Shown one piece after another: positions 31,428 to 40,103 of a DNA stretch of 64,000 nt. A program made the translations under genes and the position numbers. Location of the stretch: contig JBEKFP010000001.1 in NCBI GenBank assembly GCA_050013255.1, positions 1,056,001 through 1,120,000 on the forward strand, read 5' to 3'. Position 1 is the stretch's first letter. Each line of letters starts with the position of its first letter. This DNA comes from Candidatus Bathyarchaeia archaeon. Its GTDB lineage: Archaea > Thermoproteota > Bathyarchaeia > 40CM-2-53-6. A model generated the notes under the pieces. That model saw nothing but the letters and a program-made list of their open reading frames with translations. It had not been told where the DNA came from and did no database searches.

Positions 31428-32456
31428 TCAACGAAGTATGAACCCTTCCTTTAATGGATCATCGGGGGAAATTAAGAATTCATTTCGACCTGTAATCCAG
31501 GCTCGCCCTTCAACTTGCGGTATTACTGCATCGTATTTTCCCTGTCTTGTAGTTTCTTTCACCCTTCCGGTGAATCGCGTGCCAAGTATACTCTCGACGA
31601 TAAAGGGTTCACCTTGTCTTAGACGCCCTCGCGCGGTTTCCAAAGCGAGTCTCGCACTGACACCAGTTCCAGTTGGGGAACGGTCCACTTCGCCATTAGC
31701 GAAAATGCACATATTTCGTGAATGTGCGTCCTGCGAGAATGCTGGGCCGACGAAAATTGTTCCATAAAGGAAAGAGAGAGCGTCTTCGAATGGGTGTTGG
31801 ACTTTTATGGACTCCATTACGGCACGCTTGATTTGCATACCATACTCGATTAGACGAGAAAAGGCGCGTGGGCTCAGTTCGACACCGATGTCGGCGGCTT
31901 GCACAAATGCGTAGAATGCTCCACCGAATGCTATGTCGTATCGGACCCGACCGAGTCCCTGCAGCTCTATGGTCTGGTCTAACGCGTAGACGAATGAAGG
32001 TACATTCTCGAAGGCAACGCTTTCCACGTAATGACCTTTGTCAGTACCCTTACGCAACCGGGCCTGCGCGGCAATTGTTCCTGCTGGTGTATCTATCTTT
32101 AGATTCTCTCGAGCCGCCACAATACCGGTTTCGATTACCACGGTACTGAGCGCGATAATGCCATGCCCACACATCGTGCTCCAGCCTTCATTGTGCATGA
32201 AAAGAACGCCTATGTCAGAATCACTCTGAACAGGTTCCGTCATAATCGTGCCGTACATATCGGCGTGTCCGCGGGACTCAAACATCAAGGCGCGGCGCAA
32301 TCCATCTAGATGCTTCTGTGCGTAACGCCGCTTTTCGACGATGGTATCGCCAGGCACTTGATCAACACCGCTCGTTACCACGCGGAGTGGTTCCCCTTCC
32401 GCGTGTGCGTCGATTGTGCTGATACGTTGCCAGTCCGATGGCGGTCTCCAGTTCAT
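31428..32456 (-). CDS. Proline racemase superfamily, Cys/Thr type (trans-3-hydroxy-L-proline dehydratase-like)
   Basis: DAHAEGEPLR, RGHADMYG, STMCGH, DRSPTGTG (Thr in place of the second Cys); start ATG 32456. Confidence 0.85.
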   Translation of the reverse strand: MNWRPPSDWQRISTIDAHAEGEPLRVVTSGVDQVPGDTIVEKRRYAQKHLDGLRRALMFESRGHADMYGTIMTEPVQSDSDIGVLFMHNEGWSTMCGHGIIALSTVVIETGIVAARENLKIDTPAGTIAAQARLRKGTDKGHYVESVAFENVPSFVYALDQTIELQGLGRVRYDIAFGGAFYAFVQAADIGVELSPRAFSRLIEYGMQIKRAVMESIKVQHPFEDALSFLYGTIFVGPAFSQDAHSRNMCIFANGEVDRSPTGTGVSARLALETARGRLRQGEPFIVESILGTRFTGRVKETTRQGKYDAVIPQVEGRAWITGRNEFLISPDDPLKEGFILR

Positions 32457-32508
32457 GTTCCTTCGCGTCGCCCAGCAGGTACAGAGTATTTTATGCTTCG
32501 GCTGCTCG

Positions 32509-32597
32509 GTTCGAATCGGAAACAGATTCACTCATGAGAGTATATTGCATATCAAGTTCAAAGGCAGAATCATCAGCGAAACGAAGATAGTGATTAC
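32509..32597 (+). pseudogene. Proline racemase C-terminal fragment
   Basis: RIGNRFTHESILHIKFKGRIISETKI versus RVGDAFVHESILRTKFKGRIISETRV in 26661-27653; shared DNA aagttcaaaggcagaat.atcagcgaaacga. Confidence 0.75.
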
Positions 32598-32614
32598 TTA
32601 GTCGCAAAGATGGA

Positions 32615-32809
32615 CTACTTGGCGCGGAATCTCAACTTGTAGTCACGGTATAACCCTTCAGATAGCAAAGCACTTGTGAGAAATGAGAGAACAGTCCAAA
32701 AGATATTTCCCTTCCAAGCGAAGTAGATTGCACCGAAAACTAATACCACCACTAAAAGGACTGAACTAATTATAGTCGTGTTCTTGCCCATTTTGAACCG
32801 ATGTCTCAA
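32615..32809 (-). CDS. Small two-TM membrane protein
   Basis: Two hydrophobic segments, basic C-terminus. Confidence 0.55.
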   Translation of the reverse strand: MRHRFKMGKNTTIISSVLLVVVLVFGAIYFAWKGNIFWTVLSFLTSALLSEGLYRDYKLRFRAK

Positions 32810-33129
32810 TTCTCTTTCCTCACGGCGGCAACGCAGAAGATTCGAGTCATGAAAGAAGAACTACGTTATTGCATTAATCAATATTGAGATGATTTCAGAG
32901 TGAACTATAATCGTATTCTTTCTTGTTATGACTCGTGGACTCGAAATTAGGCAAAGCTCAGGCTCTGAAGTCCTCGTATATTATCCACTAGTAATCGAGT
33001 CGCTCGCATAGAATTTTCCCTCGTCAGAGTCGTCAAGAGAATGAGGAATTGGGGCTATGGCCGGTCTTGGACCTAGTCCCCGTGCGCTACGTCAATGATG
33101 GATTATTGGGAGGACGCTCTCACGCTGAG

Positions 33130-33900
33130 TTACTTCCTAGCTATCTCGCCGATGAATTCGGCAGCTCTGTCAACAACGGCTGAAAGCAATTTCTCACCTT
33201 TCCCTTTGGTCGCCTTGGATGGATCGCCAACGGATCCGGTGCTTGTTAACTTGTTCATTGGTGGAGTGGCGGCTTGTACCTTAGGACCACCAGCAAGGAA
33301 GTCGTACTTAACGAAAGTGGGCTTAAGGTGTGGTATCTCACCTTTGAGTTTGCTTTTGTCGACGCGTTGGTCTAATGCGTAAGCTACGGAGGTTTCAGTG
33401 TCGCAAGCATGGAAGAATGGGGGATCACATGTCTTCTTGATTTCATCTATTATGAGCTCCCACCAGTTTATGACGTAGACTTCGCTAGCGATCTGCTCAG
33501 CTAGGTCATGTAGCGCTACACTTAGAGCGGCGTCGTTTCCGCCGTGGCCGTTGAATATCACGATCTTCTTGAAACCGTGCTTACTGAGACTTACACAAAT
33601 GTCCTTTATGACATCAACGAATGTTTGGATTTGCAGTGTTATGGTGCCTGGGAAGACCATGTGGTGTTGTGAAACGCCGAAGGCTACGGGATGTGTCACG
33701 ACGACGCTGATATTCCTCTCCGATACTTTGTCGGCAGTTCGTTTGGCTATTTCGTTAGCAGTCCACCAATCATTGTCTACTGGCAGATGCATTCCGTGTT
33801 GTTCCGTCGATCCAACCGGGACAAACGCAATATTCGATTTCTCCAAGTAGCTTTTGACTTCCGGCCATGTCATCTGGTCTAACTGCACTGTCAAATTCAC
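33130..33900 (-). CDS. Creatininase family amidohydrolase (second paralog)
   Basis: PVGSTEQHGMHLPVDND, HH..FPGTI, NGHGGN, HAC..ETS, G.VGDP..AT..KG. Confidence 0.92.
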   Translation of the reverse strand: MNLTVQLDQMTWPEVKSYLEKSNIAFVPVGSTEQHGMHLPVDNDWWTANEIAKRTADKVSERNISVVVTHPVAFGVSQHHMVFPGTITLQIQTFVDVIKDICVSLSKHGFKKIVIFNGHGGNDAALSVALHDLAEQIASEVYVINWWELIIDEIKKTCDPPFFHACDTETSVAYALDQRVDKSKLKGEIPHLKPTFVKYDFLAGGPKVQAATPPMNKLTSTGSVGDPSKATKGKGEKLLSAVVDRAAEFIGEIARK

Positions 33901-33949
33901 CTCCTAATGAGAAATTGATCACAAGAAAAAAAGGGGAGTAACGGACGTG

Positions 33950-34204
33950 TCACTTTTTGCTCTTGCTTGTTCTTCGTTGCACGAAAACTAGGGCGATGAT
34001 GCCTACAGCAATCAGGACAACCATCAGTGCGTACTGAACTATATCAGAGAGATACAACAGGGCAGGTCTAGTCTTTGGCAAGTAGTTGTTAAGGAACGGT
34101 GTCCATTGCAGTCCTTGCAGGCTCGATCGAAGAATAATGATCACGAAGGCGATGACAAACATTAGCACGAGAATACCGTAGAGTTTTCCTTTGCTCATGG
34201 TCAC
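33950..34204 (-). CDS. Small two-TM membrane protein linked to the ECF S-component
   Basis: Two TM segments; 9 nt downstream of the S-component-like gene. Confidence 0.7.
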   Translation of the reverse strand: MTMSKGKLYGILVLMFVIAFVIIILRSSLQGLQWTPFLNNYLPKTRPALLYLSDIVQYALMVVLIAVGIIALVFVQRRTSKSKK

Positions 34205-34213
34205 ACCGTCTCC

Positions 34214-34807
34214 TTATTCTACTTCTTCTCCGCCCGACCATCGCCAGCGTGGTTTCATGAAGTCTGGGAACAATCGTAGTACTATGACCATCGGTATCCA
34301 TTGCTGCAGTACGTAGACGAGATAGGTTCCACCTGCGAATGTTGCGACCATTTCCGGCCAGAAGGGCACTATTTGCAGACCGAACGACATAGCAGCAGTG
34401 TAGAGAGTCAGCCCGACGCCTTCAGCGACTAAGGATGTCACAAGGAGAAGGCCATATCCAATCGGGCCGCGATGGTTCCATACCGTCTTTGTCACAAGGC
34501 AGAAGATTAGGCCGACGAGCGGATAGTACCAAGGATCTAGCATTGGTAGCGACGATGGAAGACCAATCAGGATACCGCTTGCGATGGCGACGTAAGGTCC
34601 TCCTGCAAATGCCACTATTGCGATGATCGTCTCCCTAACATCGAGGACGAAGGGGGGATAGAGGGGGATTACGAGCCCCAGTGCTCTCCAAGCAAATCCG
34701 AGTCCGCCTAGGGCCGCTACCATTCCAACTTGTCTAGCTGTTAGCTTAGGTGGCTTCGATGTAGAACTTTTTGTCGTTTCGCTTTTGGTCAACGTTTTTC
34801 GGGTCAA
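34214..34807 (-). CDS. ECF transporter S-component-like membrane protein
   Basis: About 190 aa, about 6 TM, LTARQVG..AAL, GGP..A..SG; divergent from ecfA/ecfT. Confidence 0.7.
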   Translation of the reverse strand: MTRKTLTKSETTKSSTSKPPKLTARQVGMVAALGGLGFAWRALGLVIPLYPPFVLDVRETIIAIVAFAGGPYVAIASGILIGLPSSLPMLDPWYYPLVGLIFCLVTKTVWNHRGPIGYGLLLVTSLVAEGVGLTLYTAAMSFGLQIVPFWPEMVATFAGGTYLVYVLQQWIPMVIVLRLFPDFMKPRWRWSGGEEVE

Positions 34808-35021
34808 GCGTTATCGACTACGCGAGTTAAGGCTTGGCTAATGATTGTATATAGTGGGTTGACGTAACCCATTCACTGTGAAGAAGAATTCATTGTAACG
34901 TAAATTTCGACTCCAATTTTGTACTGCTGTCTCGCGGTCACCTGGGCGAATGACTACCACTTTCTGGTCACCAGTAATCGAGCTTAAAGGTCAGCTTAAC
35001 CCAACTCGCCGCGTGCTGACC

Positions 35022-36758
35022 GTGGCTGACAAAGTAGTTTTCCAGAATGTCAGTTTCACCTACGCAGGCGATTCGAAACCTGCGTTGAACCACATCTCAC
35101 TCACAATTCATCAAGGGGAGACCGTGCTGATCGCGGGACCAGCAGGAGCGGGCAAGACGACCTTATGTCGTTGTATTAACGGGCTCGTCCCCCATTATTT
35201 TCGTGGACACGTTGAGGGGAAAGTGCTGGTCGGAGATATCGATACGAAAGTTTCTTCGATATCTGCACTATCGCATGTGGCGGCCATGCTCTTTCAAGAC
35301 CCGTCCAGCCAACTCGTCAACCCCACGGTCTTCGACGAGATCGCCTTTGGACCTGAGAATTATGGTGTTCCTCGCGACGAGATTCTAGTCCGAGTGAAAG
35401 AGTCGATCCAGTCGATGCGACTGGATGGGTATGAGGAGAGAAATCCTCATTCCTTGTCAGGTGGAGAGCAGCAAGCGTGTGGGCTGGCTGCAATCGTCTC
35501 TATGCGGCCTGATGTGTACGTCTTGGATGAGCCCACATCTAATCTTGATCCCATCGGAAGCATGAGGGTTCTCACCCATCTTGCCGAATTGTCGAGGACC
35601 GAGAATGCAACTACGATAATAGTCGAGCACAAGCTTGAGGAACTCCTGCCTCTTGTGGACCGTCTCATCGTTATGCAAGACGGCGGAATCGTCGCTGAAG
35701 GAGAGCCTCGAAGGATGTTTGAAGACGCAGAATCGATGACTAAGCTCGGGTTAAAAACGCCTCAAACGGCTCTCCTATTCTCAAGGCTCAGAAGGTTCGA
35801 CCCGTCCCTGAAAATTCCTATCACGTTTGATGAAGCTGTCTCGGAAATGTCCCCGTTTCTAAAGCCCCGTATGAAAGGTGACGCAAGGCCCACGCCGCGA
35901 GAACCCTCTGATCCGAAGAATGCTGATCATGGAGACACGGTAATTCATACTGAAGATCTTGTGCATGTATACGATGCGGGTACCGTCGCTCTTCAAGGAG
36001 TGACTGTAGATATACGAAAGAAAGACTTCTTGGCCATCATAGGTCAGAACGGTTCGGGGAAGACAACGCTTGTGAAGCATTTTGATGGTCTGCTTCGCCC
36101 CACTAAAGGAAAAGTCTTGGTTTTCGGACTTGACGCTTCGCAAGCTAGCATTCGACAACTATCGACCAAGGTCGGATACTGCTTTCAGAATCCCGATCAC
36201 CAAATTTGCACCGACAGCGTAAGAAAGGAATTGGAATTCGGACCTAGAAATCTTGAATTGCCCGAGAGTGAAATACAGAAACGAGTAGACGAAGTAACCG
36301 AAGCCATCGGCCTACGAGAAATGTTGAACGATAACCCGTTCAATCGGAGCAAGGGGGAGAGGCAGCGAATTGCCGTCGCATCGGTTCTCACCATGAAACC
36401 GGATGTCTTGGTGGTTGACGAACCAACAACTGGACAGGACGACCGAATGGCCAGGCAAATGATGGAGTTCTATAGGAAACTGCATGATGAAGATGGTAAG
36501 ACCATCATTGTGATCACCCATGACATGAACCTGGCCGCGGAATACGCAAACAGGGTCTTTGTCATGTGGAACGGTCAAATCTTGCTAAGCGGTTCACCTC
36601 GCGAAGTGTTCGCTAAATCAGAAGAGATTGAGAAGACCTACCTTAAAGCCCCACAGATCACGCGGTTCGCGCAAGCACTCAAGTCCTTCGGTTTCCCGCC
36701 AGACGTGTTGACTGTAGATGAGATGTATCATGAGGTTGCTAAGAGAATAGGAGGTTAA
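35022..36758 (+). CDS. ECF transporter fused double ATPase (EcfA-A')
   Basis: Two Walker A motifs (GPAGAGKT, GQNGSGKT), FQDP/FQNP, DEPT; start likely GTG 35022. Confidence 0.93.
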   Translation: MADKVVFQNVSFTYAGDSKPALNHISLTIHQGETVLIAGPAGAGKTTLCRCINGLVPHYFRGHVEGKVLVGDIDTKVSSISALSHVAAMLFQDPSSQLVNPTVFDEIAFGPENYGVPRDEILVRVKESIQSMRLDGYEERNPHSLSGGEQQACGLAAIVSMRPDVYVLDEPTSNLDPIGSMRVLTHLAELSRTENATTIIVEHKLEELLPLVDRLIVMQDGGIVAEGEPRRMFEDAESMTKLGLKTPQTALLFSRLRRFDPSLKIPITFDEAVSEMSPFLKPRMKGDARPTPREPSDPKNADHGDTVIHTEDLVHVYDAGTVALQGVTVDIRKKDFLAIIGQNGSGKTTLVKHFDGLLRPTKGKVLVFGLDASQASIRQLSTKVGYCFQNPDHQICTDSVRKELEFGPRNLELPESEIQKRVDEVTEAIGLREMLNDNPFNRSKGERQRIAVASVLTMKPDVLVVDEPTTGQDDRMARQMMEFYRKLHDEDGKTIIVITHDMNLAAEYANRVFVMWNGQILLSGSPREVFAKSEEIEKTYLKAPQITRFAQALKSFGFPPDVLTVDEMYHEVAKRIGG

Positions 36759-36762
36759 GAGC

Positions 36763-37620
36763 TTGGCATTTGAGTATGTCCCGGGTAACACTTTCTTCCA
36801 CAAACTCGACCCTCGGGTAAAATTCCTCTGGTGGATAGTTGTAATGATTATGGCGGTCGGATTGGGGACAGATCCAATTTACTTAGGAGTCGTGTTCATC
36901 TCAATCTTTGTGGTTATGCGACTCGCGAACATACCGTTCAATAAAGTAACCTCGTTCCTAAAAGGGATGGCACCAGTTGTCGCCATGTACGCGATCTTTA
37001 ACCTTCTCTTTCCGCCCATAGCTACAGACGTTAAGAACCCATACATTTTCTTCTATTTGATTCCGGCGAGGACACTTCCCGTGTCACTTGAAGCGTGCAT
37101 CTGGACGGCCGGCGCGGTTCTTCGGTTCCTGATGATTCTTCTCGTGATAAGAACGATTTTGATGATTACGCCTATCCGCGACATCATAATCACTTTCGTG
37201 AAGCTAAAGCTACCAGCCGATTTCGCTCTTGCATTGAGCATCGGCTTGGCTTACGTGCCAGTGCTAATTGACGAGAACAATAAGATCAAAGAGGCTCAGC
37301 AAGCGCGAGGGTGGAGATACGAATATAGGAACCCAGCTAAGAGGTTCAATGCTCTCCTAAAGCAAATGTTCGTGCCAGCAATCTTCAACTCTATGCGTCG
37401 AACGGGCGATATAGCAATCGCCATAGAATCACGAGGTTTCAGTCACGATATCGCGAGGCGTACGTATGTTCGTCAGCTGAAGTATACTCGAAGCGACTAT
37501 ATTGTTACAGCCGTGCTTCTTCTGGCTATGTTGGTTGGGCTAGCAGTAGGAACCTGGGGACTTCACTGGGCATCTTATGTTAATGTTGCAAGAATGATTA
37601 GACAATTCCTGCCCTCTTAA
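36763..37620 (+). CDS. ecfT: ECF transporter T component
   Basis: HKLDPRVK, EAQQARG, AIESRGF. Confidence 0.93.
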   Translation: MAFEYVPGNTFFHKLDPRVKFLWWIVVMIMAVGLGTDPIYLGVVFISIFVVMRLANIPFNKVTSFLKGMAPVVAMYAIFNLLFPPIATDVKNPYIFFYLIPARTLPVSLEACIWTAGAVLRFLMILLVIRTILMITPIRDIIITFVKLKLPADFALALSIGLAYVPVLIDENNKIKEAQQARGWRYEYRNPAKRFNALLKQMFVPAIFNSMRRTGDIAIAIESRGFSHDIARRTYVRQLKYTRSDYIVTAVLLLAMLVGLAVGTWGLHWASYVNVARMIRQFLPS

Positions 37621-38244
37621 CATGATTATAACGCATCCCGAACCATCGGCTCCCAGTTCTGACCTTTCTGGTCGTGATCGACGAAATGAAAACAAACTAT
37701 GCTAGATTGCTGGCGCCAACTCAAAGCGTGATTATGCACCTCCTTCCAGGAACCCCGGTAAGCTTTGACGACGACGGTTCTTGGGAACTTCATAGCCCTG
37801 GGTTTGAAGCGATCAAAACTCTTGGAGACTTATGAGTTTGAGACTCAACTCACTCACACCTGCGGCTTATTCAGTGGTGAGTCGCTTTTCTCTTAGCACA
37901 TTCGATATGAAATCTATTTCTATGAAATACAGAAAGGAAGCTCTGCGTCTTCGCCACCTGCAGAACAGGTTCAACAAGCCTTTGACACCCAGATTCTAAT
38001 CGCCTTCAGCTCAGTGACGCCTAAGAAAATTCAGTGACAAATCAAGAAGAACTCTCTCCTCTTTTTTCAGCGCTCCAAGATTCATACATAGTATGCTATA
38101 CCCATCAGTCTTTGGCGTTGACTTTGCTTTGCTTAGGCGTGCCCTAGTTACACTCGACTCACGCAAACTGAAAAGCTATCAGCTAACCTCGGGTTAACGC
38201 GCCCGGTTCGAGACTCCTCCATGCCTTGTAGACTTCTGAAGCAT

Positions 38245-39492
38245 TCACATGTTTAGAATAGTGGATCGCAATGCCTGCACCGTCGGTTCAATGAGGCTCG
38301 GGTGAGGAGCATGTCGCAGGGGCGCCTCCGAGTCCTTCAGGCCGTTTCCAGTTATTACACAGCATATTCTATCATTCTTGTCTATTACGCCAGCTTTAAC
38401 CAGCTTTATCATGCCGGCTACTGGGGCAGCACCCCCTGGCTCAGCGAATATACCCTCCTTCGCACCTAGCAAGGATTGGGCATCAAGTATTTCATCGTCA
38501 GTCACAGTCTCAACGACTCCATTCGATTCATGCAGGCTCATGAAACTCTTGAGATAATTGCGAGGCTTGCCGACGGCGAGTGCTCCTGCTATCGTGTTCG
38601 GTATGACTGGTTCAATCGACCGGCTCCCCTTCTTATATGCCGATACAACCGGGCTGGATCCCTCGGGTTGAATTCCAACCATTCTCGGTTTTCTGGATAT
38701 AAACCCCAGTTGATAGAACTCTTTGAGTCCTTTCCACACGCCTGCTAGATTGCACCCGTTGCCAACCGGGACGATTACCCAGTCTGGTGGATGCCAGCTG
38801 AATTGTTCACATAGTTCGTAGGCAAGCGTTTTTTTTCCTTCTGTCCTAAAGGGGTTTGTCGCTGGATTGCAGTTGTACCACCCGAACGTTGCACATGCTT
38901 CATTGGCCAGATCGTATGCTTGATCGTAGTTTCCCTTTACTTTGATGACTTTCGCGCCATATGAAATCGATTGAGATAGTTTTCCTATCGGTGTCGATTC
39001 GGGAACAAAAACGTAACATTGTAATCCTGCTTTGGCCGCGTGTGCGGCCATTGACGCTGCAGCGTTTCCTGTGGACGCGATTGCTGTCACATTTTGTTCG
39101 AATTCAAGTGCCTTGTTGGAGGCCATGATAGATGCTCTGTCTTTGAAGACACCGGTGGGATTGCGCGTTTCATCTTTTCCGTACAATTGCTTCAACCCAA
39201 GCTCCTCTCCCAGCCTTCGGCAATGAATCAAAGGAGTGCCGCCTTCCTCCAGGGACGGAACTTGCTTAATGTCGAATATTGGAAGCAACTCGTGATACCT
39301 CAGGCACGCGGGTCCCCGCCTGTTTTCTAGGTCTGTAATAGTTATCTCGCTCCCTATGGTATCATAATCATAGACTACGTCGAGCTTCTCTCCGCAATTG
39401 TCGCAAATGAAAATCTGTGCTCTTGGGTGGAATTCCTTCTGACAACTAACGCATCGGAGAGTGCGTACGAAGCTTCTGTTTACAGTCGTGAG
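38245..39492 (-). CDS. thrC: Threonine synthase-like PLP enzyme (no canonical start codon)
   Basis: Frame open from 39492 through CVSC/CDNC Zn ribbon, KDETRNPTGVFKDR, ASTGN, PVGNG, TGNGLK. Confidence 0.85.
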   Translation of the reverse strand, partial: LTTVNRSFVRTLRCVSCQKEFHPRAQIFICDNCGEKLDVVYDYDTIGSEITITDLENRRGPACLRYHELLPIFDIKQVPSLEEGGTPLIHCRRLGEELGLKQLYGKDETRNPTGVFKDRASIMASNKALEFEQNVTAIASTGNAAASMAAHAAKAGLQCYVFVPESTPIGKLSQSISYGAKVIKVKGNYDQAYDLANEACATFGWYNCNPATNPFRTEGKKTLAYELCEQFSWHPPDWVIVPVGNGCNLAGVWKGLKEFYQLGFISRKPRMVGIQPEGSSPVVSAYKKGSRSIEPVIPNTIAGALAVGKPRNYLKSFMSLHESNGVVETVTDDEILDAQSLLGAKEGIFAEPGGAAPVAGMIKLVKAGVIDKNDRICCVITGNGLKDSEAPLRHAPHPSLIEPTVQALRSTILNM

Positions 39493-39564
39493 CTATAACC
39501 CACCTCCGTCTGGTTTTGATTGAGTCTTAAAAAAATGCTGGTTAATTCACACACCGGCAATTCG

Positions 39565-39705
39565 CTAGTTACCATCGTTCCGCTTTGCGTTTTGAATCAG
39601 CGTCAGCCATTTGTTTGAGCCCTCGACTTTGATTCCTGTAACTTCGGCGGAGGTTCTGTCGTCTAGTGCGATGTGTGGTCGTATGTAGTAACGGATACGC
39701 TGAAT
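39565..39705 (-). mobile_element. C-terminal relic of an archaeal DDE transposase
   Basis: Manual translation IRYYIRPHIALDDRTSAEVTGIKVEGSNKWLTLIQNA*, resembling the YN.IRPH.AL.G.TPAE..GI...G.NKW.TLIQNA tail of TACK transposases (recalled pattern). Confidence 0.7.
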
Positions 39706-40103
39706 TGCGCGGAGTTGCAAGTACTGTCACGGTGAAGGACACCAAGTGCGGGTGTGTTTCATCAAACATAAGGAAGGCTGGAACGGCCAACTTTTCGGAG
39801 CGAACCCATCTGAGAGCGCGACCACCGCTGTAACCCTGCAGAATAGACGAAGACTCGAAAATTCTTCCACCCCAAAACTCGCTAAATTACAGGCGTGATC
39901 AAGGGAACTTCCAATCGATGAGCGCGCACTGGAGGCGGCGACCAAGCCAAAATAGCACAGCGGAAAATGGTACAAGTTCCCTACCGTTTCACGTAGCGGC
40001 CCTATCTAGGAACTTACGTAAAAGACATTCAACGACCGCACATACAATAAACGCGAAACTTCTTTTAGCAGTACTAGGGCCGTCGCATTCTGGTGGTATC
40101 CCG

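Noticed and set aside
33051-33081. GGGGCTATGGCC-GGTC-TTG-GACC-TAGTCCCC hairpin with a tRNA-like 5' end
   Set aside because: Too short for a tRNA; at most a 3' stem-loop after the creatininase gene.
38190-38225. CCCGGTTCGAGACTCC, T-loop-like sequence
   Set aside because: No matching T-stem, acceptor or D-arm; not a tRNA.
37621-38244. Gene-free gap between ecfT and thrC
   Set aside because: Only short ORFs; no repeat array or RNA structure I can support.
39493-39495. Pyrrolysine-type read-through of the TAG upstream of thrC
   Set aside because: No in-frame start before the next upstream stop (TAA); no pyl genes seen.
39569-39975. Track ORFs 39569-39790(-) and 39727-39975(-)
   Set aside because: Wrong frames over the transposase relic and intergenic DNA.
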